A stretch of 64,000 nucleotides of DNA from positions 47,668-111,667 of the forward strand of contig LUKI01000004.1 of assembly GCA_001593685.1 (NCBI GenBank), read 5' to 3'. Positions 55,686-64,000 of the stretch are shown piece after piece (positions within the stretch are counted from its first letter, which is position 1; each line of letters starts with the position of its first letter). Origin of the DNA: Gammaproteobacteria bacterium F7. Lineage in GTDB: Bacteria > Pseudomonadota > Gammaproteobacteria > Pseudomonadales > IMCC2047. A program made the translations under genes and the position numbers. The notes beneath the pieces were generated by a model, which was given only the letters and a program-made list of their open reading frames with translations, was not told the DNA's origin and made no database searches.

Positions 55686-56732
55686 CTAGATGGTGTGGGG
55701 GTCAGGGTAGTCCCCCTGATCCAGGCCCTCAATGTGAAGGTCCTGGAAGTCTTCAATGGCTCTTTCGACGCGAGAAGAGTTATCAAAGCGGGCGATATGG
55801 AAAAGTGCATCGCCCTCGTTAACAACGGGCAGGTTATTACGCCCAATCACAATACCGGTAATTGGAGAGATGACACTGTTTTCGTTCTCTCCAACGGCAT
55901 CTGAAATTTTTCCGACGCTTTGCCCCTCTTCGACACGTGACCCCAAGGTTACCTCTAAACGCATTAAGCCGGCCTGTGGTGCGCGTACCCATTGCGAAGA
56001 GTTAGCCTTAATGACCTTATGTATTTTTCTTGAGCGGCCCTTTGGAATCATGCCCAGCTGACGCAACACATTTAAAACGCCGCGTGCGCCAGCGCGGATG
56101 GACAGGCTATCAAAACGTAAGCCTTCACCGGCCTCATAAAGCAACATGGAGAGGCCTTTATCAAGCGCATATTGGCGTAACGAGCCATCCCGCAGGTTGG
56201 CATTAATCATTACCGGAGAGCCGAATGCCTTTGCCAGTGCTTCCGTTTCCGGGTTTTCCAGGTCTGCGCGAATGTGGGGTAAGTTGGCGCGGTGATTGGA
56301 GCCTGTGTGTAAATCAATACCGTGGGTTGAGCGATCGACCACTTCCTCTGCAAAAATCCGGGCGACTCGGGACGCTAAGGAGCCATTTTTAGAGCCAGGG
56401 AAGGAGCGGTTAAGGTCGCGGCCATCGGGCAGGTAACGGGTATGGTTGAAAAAACCATAGACGTTCACAATGGGAACACAAATCAATGTGCCCTTCATAC
56501 GCTCAAGCGCTTTGCTGTGGCGTACCCGTCGAATAATTTCGATGCCATTAATTTCATCACCATGGATTGCCGCAGAGATAAAGACCACAGGGCCATCTCG
56601 GCGGCCATGGATAACATGAATAGGCATCGCCAATGGTGTATAAGAGGACTGACTTGGCAGCGGCAGCGACAGAGTTGCCCGGCTGCCCGGTGCGATCGTT
56701 TCGCCGCAAATCGTAAAAGGTTTTCTAGGCAT
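55686..56732 (-). CDS. Succinylglutamate desuccinylase/aspartoacylase (M14-like) family hydrolase
   Basis: HGDE, RDLNRSFPG, DLHTG and YEAGE zinc-carboxypeptidase motifs; C-terminal biotinyl-like hairpin domain. Confidence 0.9.
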   Translation of the reverse strand: MPRKPFTICGETIAPGSRATLSLPLPSQSSYTPLAMPIHVIHGRRDGPVVFISAAIHGDEINGIEIIRRVRHSKALERMKGTLICVPIVNVYGFFNHTRYLPDGRDLNRSFPGSKNGSLASRVARIFAEEVVDRSTHGIDLHTGSNHRANLPHIRADLENPETEALAKAFGSPVMINANLRDGSLRQYALDKGLSMLLYEAGEGLRFDSLSIRAGARGVLNVLRQLGMIPKGRSRKIHKVIKANSSQWVRAPQAGLMRLEVTLGSRVEEGQSVGKISDAVGENENSVISPITGIVIGRNNLPVVNEGDALFHIARFDNSSRVERAIEDFQDLHIEGLDQGDYPDPHTI

Positions 56733-56737
56733 AGGCG

Positions 56738-57649
56738 TTATCCTTTACCGCGAGTTTTAGTCTGGGCTGGCTTAGCATTTTTCTCAATAAATTCAATGAT
56801 TAAGCCCGCGACATCTTTGCCCGTTGCTGTTTCAATGCCTCGTAAGCCGGGAGATGAGTTAACCTCCATTACCAGCGGACCACGTTCAGAACGCAACAAA
56901 TCGACACCACAGACATTCAGGCCCATGATTTTAGCGGCATTAACGGCTGTGCGGCGTTCTGCTGGCGTTAACTTTACCAGTTTGGCAGAGCCACCACGGT
57001 GGATGTTGGAACGGAACTCTCCCTCCGGTGCCTGGCGCTGCATAGCGGCGATAACTTTACCGCCGACCACGAGGCAACGAATGTCAGCACCGCCAGCTTC
57101 CTTGATAAATTCCTGAACCAGAATGTTCGAATTCAGCCCCATAAAAGCCTGGATGACACTTTCTGCCGCTTTTTTGGTTTCTGCCAGAACAACACCAATG
57201 CCCTGAGTGCCCTCCAGCAGTTTGATGACGCAGGGCGCGCCGCCAACCTCACGAATCAGTCCGTCAATATTGTCCGGCGTATTGGCAAAGGCGGTGGCTG
57301 GTATACCAACATTTTTACGTGATAATAGTTGTAAAGATCGCAGTTTGTCGCGTGATCGTGAGATGGCCACGGACTCGTTCACACAGTATGCCCCCATCAT
57401 TTCAAACTGACGGACTACCGCTGTGCCATAAAAGGTTACCGATGCGCCAATGCGCGGAATCACGGCGTCAAAATCGCTGGCCGCGAACTCACTGTCTCTG
57501 TAGTGAATACTCGGTTTATCCGAGGTGATGTCCATAAAGCAGTGCAGGTGGTCCAGTACTCTAACGGTATGACCTCGCTCTTCTGCGGCCTGAATTAAAC
57601 GGCTGGTTGAGTACAGTTTTTTATTACGCGATAAAATAGCGATATTCAT
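56738..57649 (-). CDS. rimK: RimK-family alpha-L-glutamate ligase
   Basis: [33 protein letters not shown] and EVNSSPG ATP-grasp motifs. Confidence 0.95.
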   Translation of the reverse strand: MNIAILSRNKKLYSTSRLIQAAEERGHTVRVLDHLHCFMDITSDKPSIHYRDSEFAASDFDAVIPRIGASVTFYGTAVVRQFEMMGAYCVNESVAISRSRDKLRSLQLLSRKNVGIPATAFANTPDNIDGLIREVGGAPCVIKLLEGTQGIGVVLAETKKAAESVIQAFMGLNSNILVQEFIKEAGGADIRCLVVGGKVIAAMQRQAPEGEFRSNIHRGGSAKLVKLTPAERRTAVNAAKIMGLNVCGVDLLRSERGPLVMEVNSSPGLRGIETATGKDVAGLIIEFIEKNAKPAQTKTRGKG

Positions 57650-57883
57650 GGTGTGACCTTTCGAAAAGTGAGATTGTGGGGATACATCAACATTTCGTTG
57701 ATGTTGGGCGCAACTTAATTCAAGGTTTTAGTTTTATACTGCTATTGAGGCTGATAGCAAGCATTGATGCGTGACTTGGTTCTAAAGTAACAGAAAACCG
57801 AAATTTGGTCTGTTTTGTGCGGCTGAAAAATACAAAAAGTTGTAGGCTAGTAACCGGTGACAGTTGAATTTTAGGGTGCCTTT

Positions 57884-59323
57884 ATGAGTACAACACAGCA
57901 TGGTCGACTTCGCGCTATTGATACGCTATATCCCCGTTCCCTGAAATACCTGACTCGCCACTTGCAGGCGATGGTGCATGGCCGCCTGTGGTTGCAGGTG
58001 ATGATTGGTATGTCGCTGGGTATTATGATCGGCGTGCTGATTGGTCCCAGCGTTGGATTATTGGATGTGAGCACCGCGGCCACCTTAAGCGACTGGTTGG
58101 CTTTTCCCGGTAAACTGTTTCTGGCGCTTATTCAGATGATGGTTATTCCGCTGGTATTTGCGTCAATCATCCGAGGTTTGGCGGCCACTGAAGATCTTGA
58201 ACAGTTGCGACGTATTGGGTTACGAGTGGTGCTGTTTTTTGTTGTCACCACGGCATTGGCTATCATCATTGGTCTGTTGGTGGCTTCGACTATACAGCCT
58301 GGACTGTATGTCGATAGCCAGGCATTACAAGGCACGGTGGGGCAGGTGCCGGTCGTTGAGGCGAACGCTGCCAAGGGCCTTAATCTTAACGCTATTCCCC
58401 AACAGCTTATCACTCTGTTACCGTCAAACCCGCTCAACTCAATGGTTGAGAGCAATATGCTGCAAGTGGTCATTTTTGCCATGGTGGTCGGTGTGGCGTT
58501 GGTGATGATGGCCCCTGGTCAGGCCAGACCACTGCTCGATTTAATGGGCTCTTTGCAAGAAGTGTGTATGACTGTCGTACGCTGGGCGATGGTGCTGGCT
58601 CCCTTTGCTGTATTTGGTTTAATGGCGCAGCTAACCGCGAAATTAGGCCTGAATGCACTGATGGGTATGGCGGTTTATATTGCCACTGTCTTACTGGGAT
58701 TGTTGCTGGTTTTTGCCGTTTATCTGGCGATTATATTTGTTGTCGCCAAACTGACACCAAAACACTTTATTGTTGCGGTTAAGGATGTGCTGTTGCTGGC
58801 ATTTTCGACCTCCAGTTCTGCCGCAGTCATGCCACTTTCGATTAAAACTGCAGAGGAAAAACTTAACGTGCGGCCATCGGTGTCGCAGTTTGTCATCCCG
58901 CTGGGCGCGACCATTAATATGAATGGCACGGCGTTATATCATGGCGTTGCGACATTATTTTTAGCGCAGGTGTTTGGTATCGATATTGGCCTTGGCGGAA
59001 TGCTGTTGGTGGTGCTTACCTCTGTCGGTGCGTCCATCGGTGCACCTGCAGCACCAGGCGTGGGTATTGTGATTTTAGCCATGGTGCTGAGCAGTGTTGG
59101 CATTCCTGCCGAGGGCATCGCACTGGTTATGGGCGTTGACCGTATTCTGGATATGAGTCGCACTGCCATCAATGTCAGCGGTGACCTAGTGACGGCAAAA
59201 TTAATGGATGTCTGGGTAGGCAGCAAACTGAGTCATGGTGAGGAGGCCGCTGCCGAACAAAATCGAGAGCAGGTTCGTTCTCAAACCGGTGAAGATGTAT
59301 TGGCGTCCGAAGAGGTTAATTAG
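57884..59323 (+). CDS. Dicarboxylate/amino acid:cation symporter (DAACS/GltP family)
   Basis: AFSTSSS..P, GATINMNGT and VDRILDMSRT..NVSGD motifs. Confidence 0.93.
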   Translation: MSTTQHGRLRAIDTLYPRSLKYLTRHLQAMVHGRLWLQVMIGMSLGIMIGVLIGPSVGLLDVSTAATLSDWLAFPGKLFLALIQMMVIPLVFASIIRGLAATEDLEQLRRIGLRVVLFFVVTTALAIIIGLLVASTIQPGLYVDSQALQGTVGQVPVVEANAAKGLNLNAIPQQLITLLPSNPLNSMVESNMLQVVIFAMVVGVALVMMAPGQARPLLDLMGSLQEVCMTVVRWAMVLAPFAVFGLMAQLTAKLGLNALMGMAVYIATVLLGLLLVFAVYLAIIFVVAKLTPKHFIVAVKDVLLLAFSTSSSAAVMPLSIKTAEEKLNVRPSVSQFVIPLGATINMNGTALYHGVATLFLAQVFGIDIGLGGMLLVVLTSVGASIGAPAAPGVGIVILAMVLSSVGIPAEGIALVMGVDRILDMSRTAINVSGDLVTAKLMDVWVGSKLSHGEEAAAEQNREQVRSQTGEDVLASEEVN

Positions 59324-62300
59324 CGAGAGCGATACATTAAGTCGACGGATTGACCCTGACCGGATTCCGTTTCCAAATATAATTTATCGCTAAGCTGATA
59401 CTGCAAAAATACCTTGCTCAGCTTGTCGATAACACCGATACCGTAGCGGGCGTACAGCCGTGGTGTGATGTATTTGCCCAGCGTAAAGCCCAGCGTTTCT
59501 ACGCCTTCCTCGGCCTCCAGGCCAATTTCATCCAGCCCTGATAATTCGGTTAATTTTGAGGTAAGCGGCGTCGATTGGCTGATTGAGTAGGCCAACAGCG
59601 CATTTGCAAGGGCATTTTGATCAGCGGCATTGGCATCGCGCAATGGCTTACCTCGAATAATGTAGGAAAGAATTTCACTGTCCGATAGCGGTGGGCGTGA
59701 ATAGAGACGGGTACGCAGATTATCCACTGGCCCATTGACCTTTAAACCGGCGACGACACTTTTTACGGTGCGGCTGGCCGTTAAGTCGATTTCCGGTTTG
59801 TTAAGCAAGCCAGTAAAACGAATGATACCACGCTCGATGACCAAATCCTGGCCATAAGCTTTATAAGCTCCATCAAGCAGATTTATTTCGCCCTGGCCGA
59901 GTAACTGCTGAGAGGGTTGTTTATTTAAATGGAGTTTGCCCTTAACCCGGGTTGTCAGGCCATAGGCTTCAACATGAACCTGGTTGCCGAGTAGGACATC
60001 AAGATTTAAAAGGTAGTCATAGGGCTGAGAGTTATTTGTCAGTTGCTGGTTGTTATGGTGAATAACGGCGTCAGCTGTTAATGCAAGCCGGCTGGGTGAC
60101 GGCGTAACGATTAGCTTGGCGTCAGGAATGTGTAGCAAGCCGGCAACCTCCAGACGTTCAGCATTGGCTTTGAGCTGTAGGTCTGGGCTGGCAACAACCC
60201 GGCGTTGGCTTTGATCAAGCAAGAGCACCTTGTCGCCTTTGATGTTGAGCTCGCTGGACCAGTTCTCTAGCGAGGAGAAATCCAGGATGCCATCTACCTT
60301 GAGTTGTCCGTCTCCGGCTTTTAGCGATGCCTTGAGTTGCTGTTTGTTGGCTGACAAGGTGGTGATCTCAGCGTTCAGGTCATGCCACTCCATAGCCAGC
60401 GCATTGATATAAATTTTTGGCACGCTCAGGCGTGTAAACAGCGTGACCTGTGGCTTTTGCAGGCTCTGGCTGAATTGAATATTGCCGGCTAGCTCGCCAT
60501 TCAGGTTGTCTACTTCCGGTATTAGCAGGGCATAGGGTTGCAGATCGGGTATGCTGTAATTTATATGCGCCTGTAGTGGGCTATGAGTGTTAAATGGCTG
60601 CTGAATTTTAAATTCACTGCTGAGTGTGCCAGTGTCATTGAGGCGGGCGTTAAGCGCCCCATCAAGGGTGTCATTTTGTAGCTGACCCTCAACTACTAAA
60701 TCGGCGATGCGGAACTGGGTATTTGAATCATCGGCCGCTGTTAATAACAGGGGGGTATCAACATCGCTCTGACTGATACGCAGCTGCCCCTGTTGCCGTC
60801 CATCGATAGTTTCCAGTTGTGCGGTAATATCGAGCTTTCCGTTCATCGAGGGTAGCAGTAACCCGCTGGCATTGAGTAAGGCAAGCGGCAGCTGTTTGGC
60901 ATCGAGCTGGGCGTTTAACTTTTTATCCGTGCTGCGTGCTTCAATACACAGTTGGCCACTGCTTTGCAGGCACAGAGGTGTAAAAAACCAGCTCCCGGTG
61001 GCCAGTTCAAAATTGACCGGTTGAGCCAATTGCCAGTGGCCAATATTTTCGCCGGCGCTCTCTGTGCCCGCAATGTGTAGCTCTGTGAGTTTGCCGGTGA
61101 TCTGCTCAAGCTGTTTTAGATTGAGGGCCAGCCCCAGGCCTGTGCTGAGTAGTGGACTATTGGTTTGAAATTGTATTCGAGGCTCTTGCCAGGGGCCTTC
61201 AAGTTGCAGCTCTAATTGATCCAGATAGACATTGCTATAGCGCAACTGTTGCGCGGTTAGTTTATTGGCGCTGGTTATAAAGTGACCATCTAACAATTGA
61301 ATGTTGAGCTTAACGTCGTTGGTGACGAGGTTGTTAATGCTCAGGTCTTGAGCTGATAATCGGGCTTCCAGAGTGGGGCTTGCAAGGCTGCCGGTTAACA
61401 GGCCATTGGCTTGAATAGCGCCTTTTGAGTTCGGATAAAAATATTTTAATTCAGTAAGTTGGCTGTCGAACCTAATATTTAGTTTAGAGTTATTAACTTC
61501 TCCTGATACCGTTAGCTGGTTGTCGCCGAGCCGTGCTGATACCCCTTTAATAAACAGGTCTTTGCCGGCAAGCCGGATGTTTAGCTGTGATTCAACGGCC
61601 TGGTTTTGCAGCTTTCCGCGTAACTTTTTGGAGGCAATATTAAGTTGCAGCTTTTCATGAAAAGCTCCGGTTATGGCTAATTTACCAGCCAGTTCCTGTG
61701 GCAGTGATGGATGCAACGATTGAGCATCGAACAGGTTAAACACGGCGACTGTTTGCCAGTTTAATTGCTTGTCTGGCCAAGTGAGCTGGCCAGACAGAAT
61801 GACGTTACCGCCGTTCTGGTCGTTCAGTTCCAGCGAGTTAATATTGATTTGGCTGGCGTTTAGGTCAGCTTTAAGGGCAAGGCTGTTTGTGCTTTTTTGA
61901 TTCAGCTGAAGCTGAGCGTTGGCTGTTGTTTGTAAGCCAGACAAGTCGCCTTGGGCTTTAAAGCTGATATCAGAGAGGCGGGGGGGCGAGCTGTTTTCCA
62001 GCGGCCAGCTCAGGGTATCGATGTTGCCTCGAAGCGTTAGCTGGGGCTGTTTACGCCAATTGTGCAGGTCAATCACAAGGTCGGACGCCACTCCACCACT
62101 GGTTTGGTGGTCAATTCGCAGCTGTTTGCCGGTGCCTTTGATTCTGGCGGAGCCGTTAATCTTGTCGCTGCCATTGATTTTGCTGTGTTCCGGCAGTGTT
62201 GTTTGCCAGCTGATTGTGATATCCACACTCAATTTGGGGGCGAAAAGAAGATCACCTTCCAGTTGCAAATTGCTCCGCTGATAATCGGCGTTGATTTTTG

Positions 62301-62826
62301 AGGCGGAAATACCACGTTCATCGATGAATGCGGAAAGTTGGATATTGTCGACTCTGTGATGTTGATTATCTTTTATAAGAGTCAGCTGTGTTATTGATAA
62401 TTGTTGCAGATTAACGTCGAGTGGCAAAAAAACCAGCCGGTCATTTAAAAAACTGAGGTCAAGGGCTTCTGTCTCTGGCTTTTCTTCAGGTGTTGCTGAT
62501 AACTGAACCACGATGTTTTGGATAGCGAGCTGCTGAATATTAACCTTTGAATCCAGAACTTGCCGCCAATCGGCGCTTAAAGCCAGCTCATCAATCTGAA
62601 TATTCACTGCGTCCTGATGTATCGCTAACTGCCTAATGGCGAAGCCATCACTGATAGAACCTTCGAGAGATTCATAATTGAGTAGCTGGTAGCGCTCTGC
62701 AGTAGAAAATAGCAGTCGTGTGCCGGTTTCAGTGAAAATTATCCAGCAGCCCAGTAGCGTGATCAGCAACAGCAGTATCAACAGGCTGGCGATGACAACC
62801 CTCAATATTTTCAGACACTTAGCCAT
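59320..62826 (-). CDS. tamB: Translocation and assembly module TamB
   Basis: N-terminal anchor, long beta-rich body, C-terminal AYGQ.L.IE.G and LGKYITP.LY motifs; follows tamA. Confidence 0.9.
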   Translation of the reverse strand: MAKCLKILRVVIASLLILLLLITLLGCWIIFTETGTRLLFSTAERYQLLNYESLEGSISDGFAIRQLAIHQDAVNIQIDELALSADWRQVLDSKVNIQQLAIQNIVVQLSATPEEKPETEALDLSFLNDRLVFLPLDVNLQQLSITQLTLIKDNQHHRVDNIQLSAFIDERGISASKINADYQRSNLQLEGDLLFAPKLSVDITISWQTTLPEHSKINGSDKINGSARIKGTGKQLRIDHQTSGGVASDLVIDLHNWRKQPQLTLRGNIDTLSWPLENSSPPRLSDISFKAQGDLSGLQTTANAQLQLNQKSTNSLALKADLNASQININSLELNDQNGGNVILSGQLTWPDKQLNWQTVAVFNLFDAQSLHPSLPQELAGKLAITGAFHEKLQLNIASKKLRGKLQNQAVESQLNIRLAGKDLFIKGVSARLGDNQLTVSGEVNNSKLNIRFDSQLTELKYFYPNSKGAIQANGLLTGSLASPTLEARLSAQDLSINNLVTNDVKLNIQLLDGHFITSANKLTAQQLRYSNVYLDQLELQLEGPWQEPRIQFQTNSPLLSTGLGLALNLKQLEQITGKLTELHIAGTESAGENIGHWQLAQPVNFELATGSWFFTPLCLQSSGQLCIEARSTDKKLNAQLDAKQLPLALLNASGLLLPSMNGKLDITAQLETIDGRQQGQLRISQSDVDTPLLLTAADDSNTQFRIADLVVEGQLQNDTLDGALNARLNDTGTLSSEFKIQQPFNTHSPLQAHINYSIPDLQPYALLIPEVDNLNGELAGNIQFSQSLQKPQVTLFTRLSVPKIYINALAMEWHDLNAEITTLSANKQQLKASLKAGDGQLKVDGILDFSSLENWSSELNIKGDKVLLLDQSQRRVVASPDLQLKANAERLEVAGLLHIPDAKLIVTPSPSRLALTADAVIHHNNQQLTNNSQPYDYLLNLDVLLGNQVHVEAYGLTTRVKGKLHLNKQPSQQLLGQGEINLLDGAYKAYGQDLVIERGIIRFTGLLNKPEIDLTASRTVKSVVAGLKVNGPVDNLRTRLYSRPPLSDSEILSYIIRGKPLRDANAADQNALANALLAYSISQSTPLTSKLTELSGLDEIGLEAEEGVETLGFTLGKYITPRLYARYGIGVIDKLSKVFLQYQLSDKLYLETESGQGQSVDLMYRSR

Positions 62827-64000
62827 CAGAGTTGCGCTCCGAAGCTAAAATGCAAACGAAAAGAGTCGTCATTGGCCAGTTCTTTGTCGAGTGGCACGCC
62901 AATATCAAAGCGCAGGGGGCCGATTGGTGAGTGCCAGCGTAGCCCGAGACCAACGCCAGTTGCGGCGTCAAATTTGCTGTTCCAGGCATTGCCGCTATCG
63001 ACAAAGGCGGCAACTGCCCATTGCTTGTAGATGGGTCGTTCCAATTCAATACTCACCACCGCTTTGTGTTTACCGCCGATGACCTCGCCATTTTCAAGCG
63101 GCCCCAGCGATTGGTATTCGTAACCGCGAATACTGTTGTCGCCACCGCTATAAAAGCGCCGCGAGGTGGGTAAGTCGTCAATCGTGTCTGCAAAGCTATA
63201 GCCAAAATCGCCTCGCAGTAGCAAACGAAGCTTAAGGGGTAGCGTCGTTATCCACTTTGCGGTTGTCTGAATCTGTAAAAAGGATGAGTCTGAAATCAGC
63301 TGTTCACTGCTACCTAAAAGTGCAAATGCCAGCGAATAGCCCTTGCTGGGGTAGGTTAGATTATCCGCTGATAATTTACTCCAGCTAATGCCGGGAACGA
63401 GGTGTAACTCACTGTCTGACTCTTGGCCAATTTTGGACTTTTCTGCGGTTAAGGTCAGTGACAAGGATTGATTCCAGCCCGATTTCAGCAACTGATTTTC
63501 CGTCAGTGATGTTTCCCAGCGCTGACTCTCGAAGGCGTCGTTGTCTTCATCCAGATAGGATAAATCAGCTCGCAGGTTGTCGGTACGTGGATCACGCCAG
63601 GGCAGACTGTAGTTGAGGTTAAGTTTGTTCAACACGGGGGATAAAAGCAGGCTGACTTCGCCCTGGTGGCCATTATCGTTAATGCGATGCCGAGTGTAAC
63701 TACCACGCAGGCGAGGTCCGGTGTCGGTCGAGTAGCCTACGCCTGCCTCGTAACTGGAGGCTGGGCCTGCGGTGGCCAATACCTTAATAGGCACCACGCC
63801 GTGTTGCTCTTGCTCGGTTAATGGCGATATTTCAACGAGCTCAAAGTAGCGAGTTTCGTTCAAACGGATGCGATCATTTTGCAATGTGGAGAGATTGTAA
63901 GCCTCTCCGGGGTTGATCGATAACAGCTGGCGGAACAGGCTTGGATCTAGCACCTGTTGATCAATCTGTAGCTCACCAAACAGATAGCGTTGCCCTGAGT
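62826..64000 (-). CDS. tamA: Translocation and assembly module TamA (5' end beyond window)
   Basis: Omp85 barrel motifs GYSTDTG, RFYSGGDNSIRGY and W.SPIGPLRFD; stop overlaps the tamB start. Confidence 0.92.
   Translation of the reverse strand, partial: SGQRYLFGELQIDQQVLDPSLFRQLLSINPGEAYNLSTLQNDRIRLNETRYFELVEISPLTEQEQHGVVPIKVLATAGPASSYEAGVGYSTDTGPRLRGSYTRHRINDNGHQGEVSLLLSPVLNKLNLNYSLPWRDPRTDNLRADLSYLDEDNDAFESQRWETSLTENQLLKSGWNQSLSLTLTAEKSKIGQESDSELHLVPGISWSKLSADNLTYPSKGYSLAFALLGSSEQLISDSSFLQIQTTAKWITTLPLKLRLLLRGDFGYSFADTIDDLPTSRRFYSGGDNSIRGYEYQSLGPLENGEVIGGKHKAVVSIELERPIYKQWAVAAFVDSGNAWNSKFDAATGVGLGLRWHSPIGPLRFDIGVPLDKELANDDSFRLHFSFGAQL

Noticed and set aside
51914-59323. Prophage, ICE or integron interpretation of the recombinase block
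   Set aside because: No phage or conjugation genes, no flanking tRNA or visible direct repeats, no attC-like cassette array, no recognisable IntI-specific insertion, and composition looks host-like.
62149-62181. KINGSDKINGS peptide repeat in TamB
   Set aside because: The two units differ at most synonymous positions; an old or chance repeat, not an active VNTR.

Overview
Ordinary chromosomal backbone of a Gammaproteobacterium. The gene order is Pseudomonas/Oceanospirillales/Cellvibrionales-like, and GC is roughly mid-to-upper 40s% by eye. In order, the window holds: sdhD'AB-sucAB-lpdA-sucCD; two poorly characterised envelope genes; folE; prmB-aroC-MFS; a glutaredoxin-like gene, gor, miaE and a SAM methyltransferase; lpxH-ppiB and glnS-cysS; a four-tRNA operon (Pro-Arg-His-Leu); tig-clpP-clpX-lon-hupB-ppiD; fabI; a yejABEF-type ABC system with two binding proteins; an inserted MgtC/SapB gene; mltD-gloB and yafS-rnhA-dnaQ; nhaB-nudL-pabB. 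An accessory-looking block at about 51.9-59.3 kb follows: an intact orphan tyrosine recombinase, MscS, CorA, a PsiE-like gene, an AstE/AspA-family hydrolase, RimK and a dicarboxylate/amino-acid symporter. The window ends in tamB and partial tamA. I saw no CRISPR array, IS transposase, prophage or rRNA. The best leads are (i) the orphan recombinase, which abuts mscS and is followed by a candidate core-type inverted-repeat site, and (ii) the RimK ligase + M14-type hydrolase + Glu/Asp transporter + channel module. Both are hypotheses.
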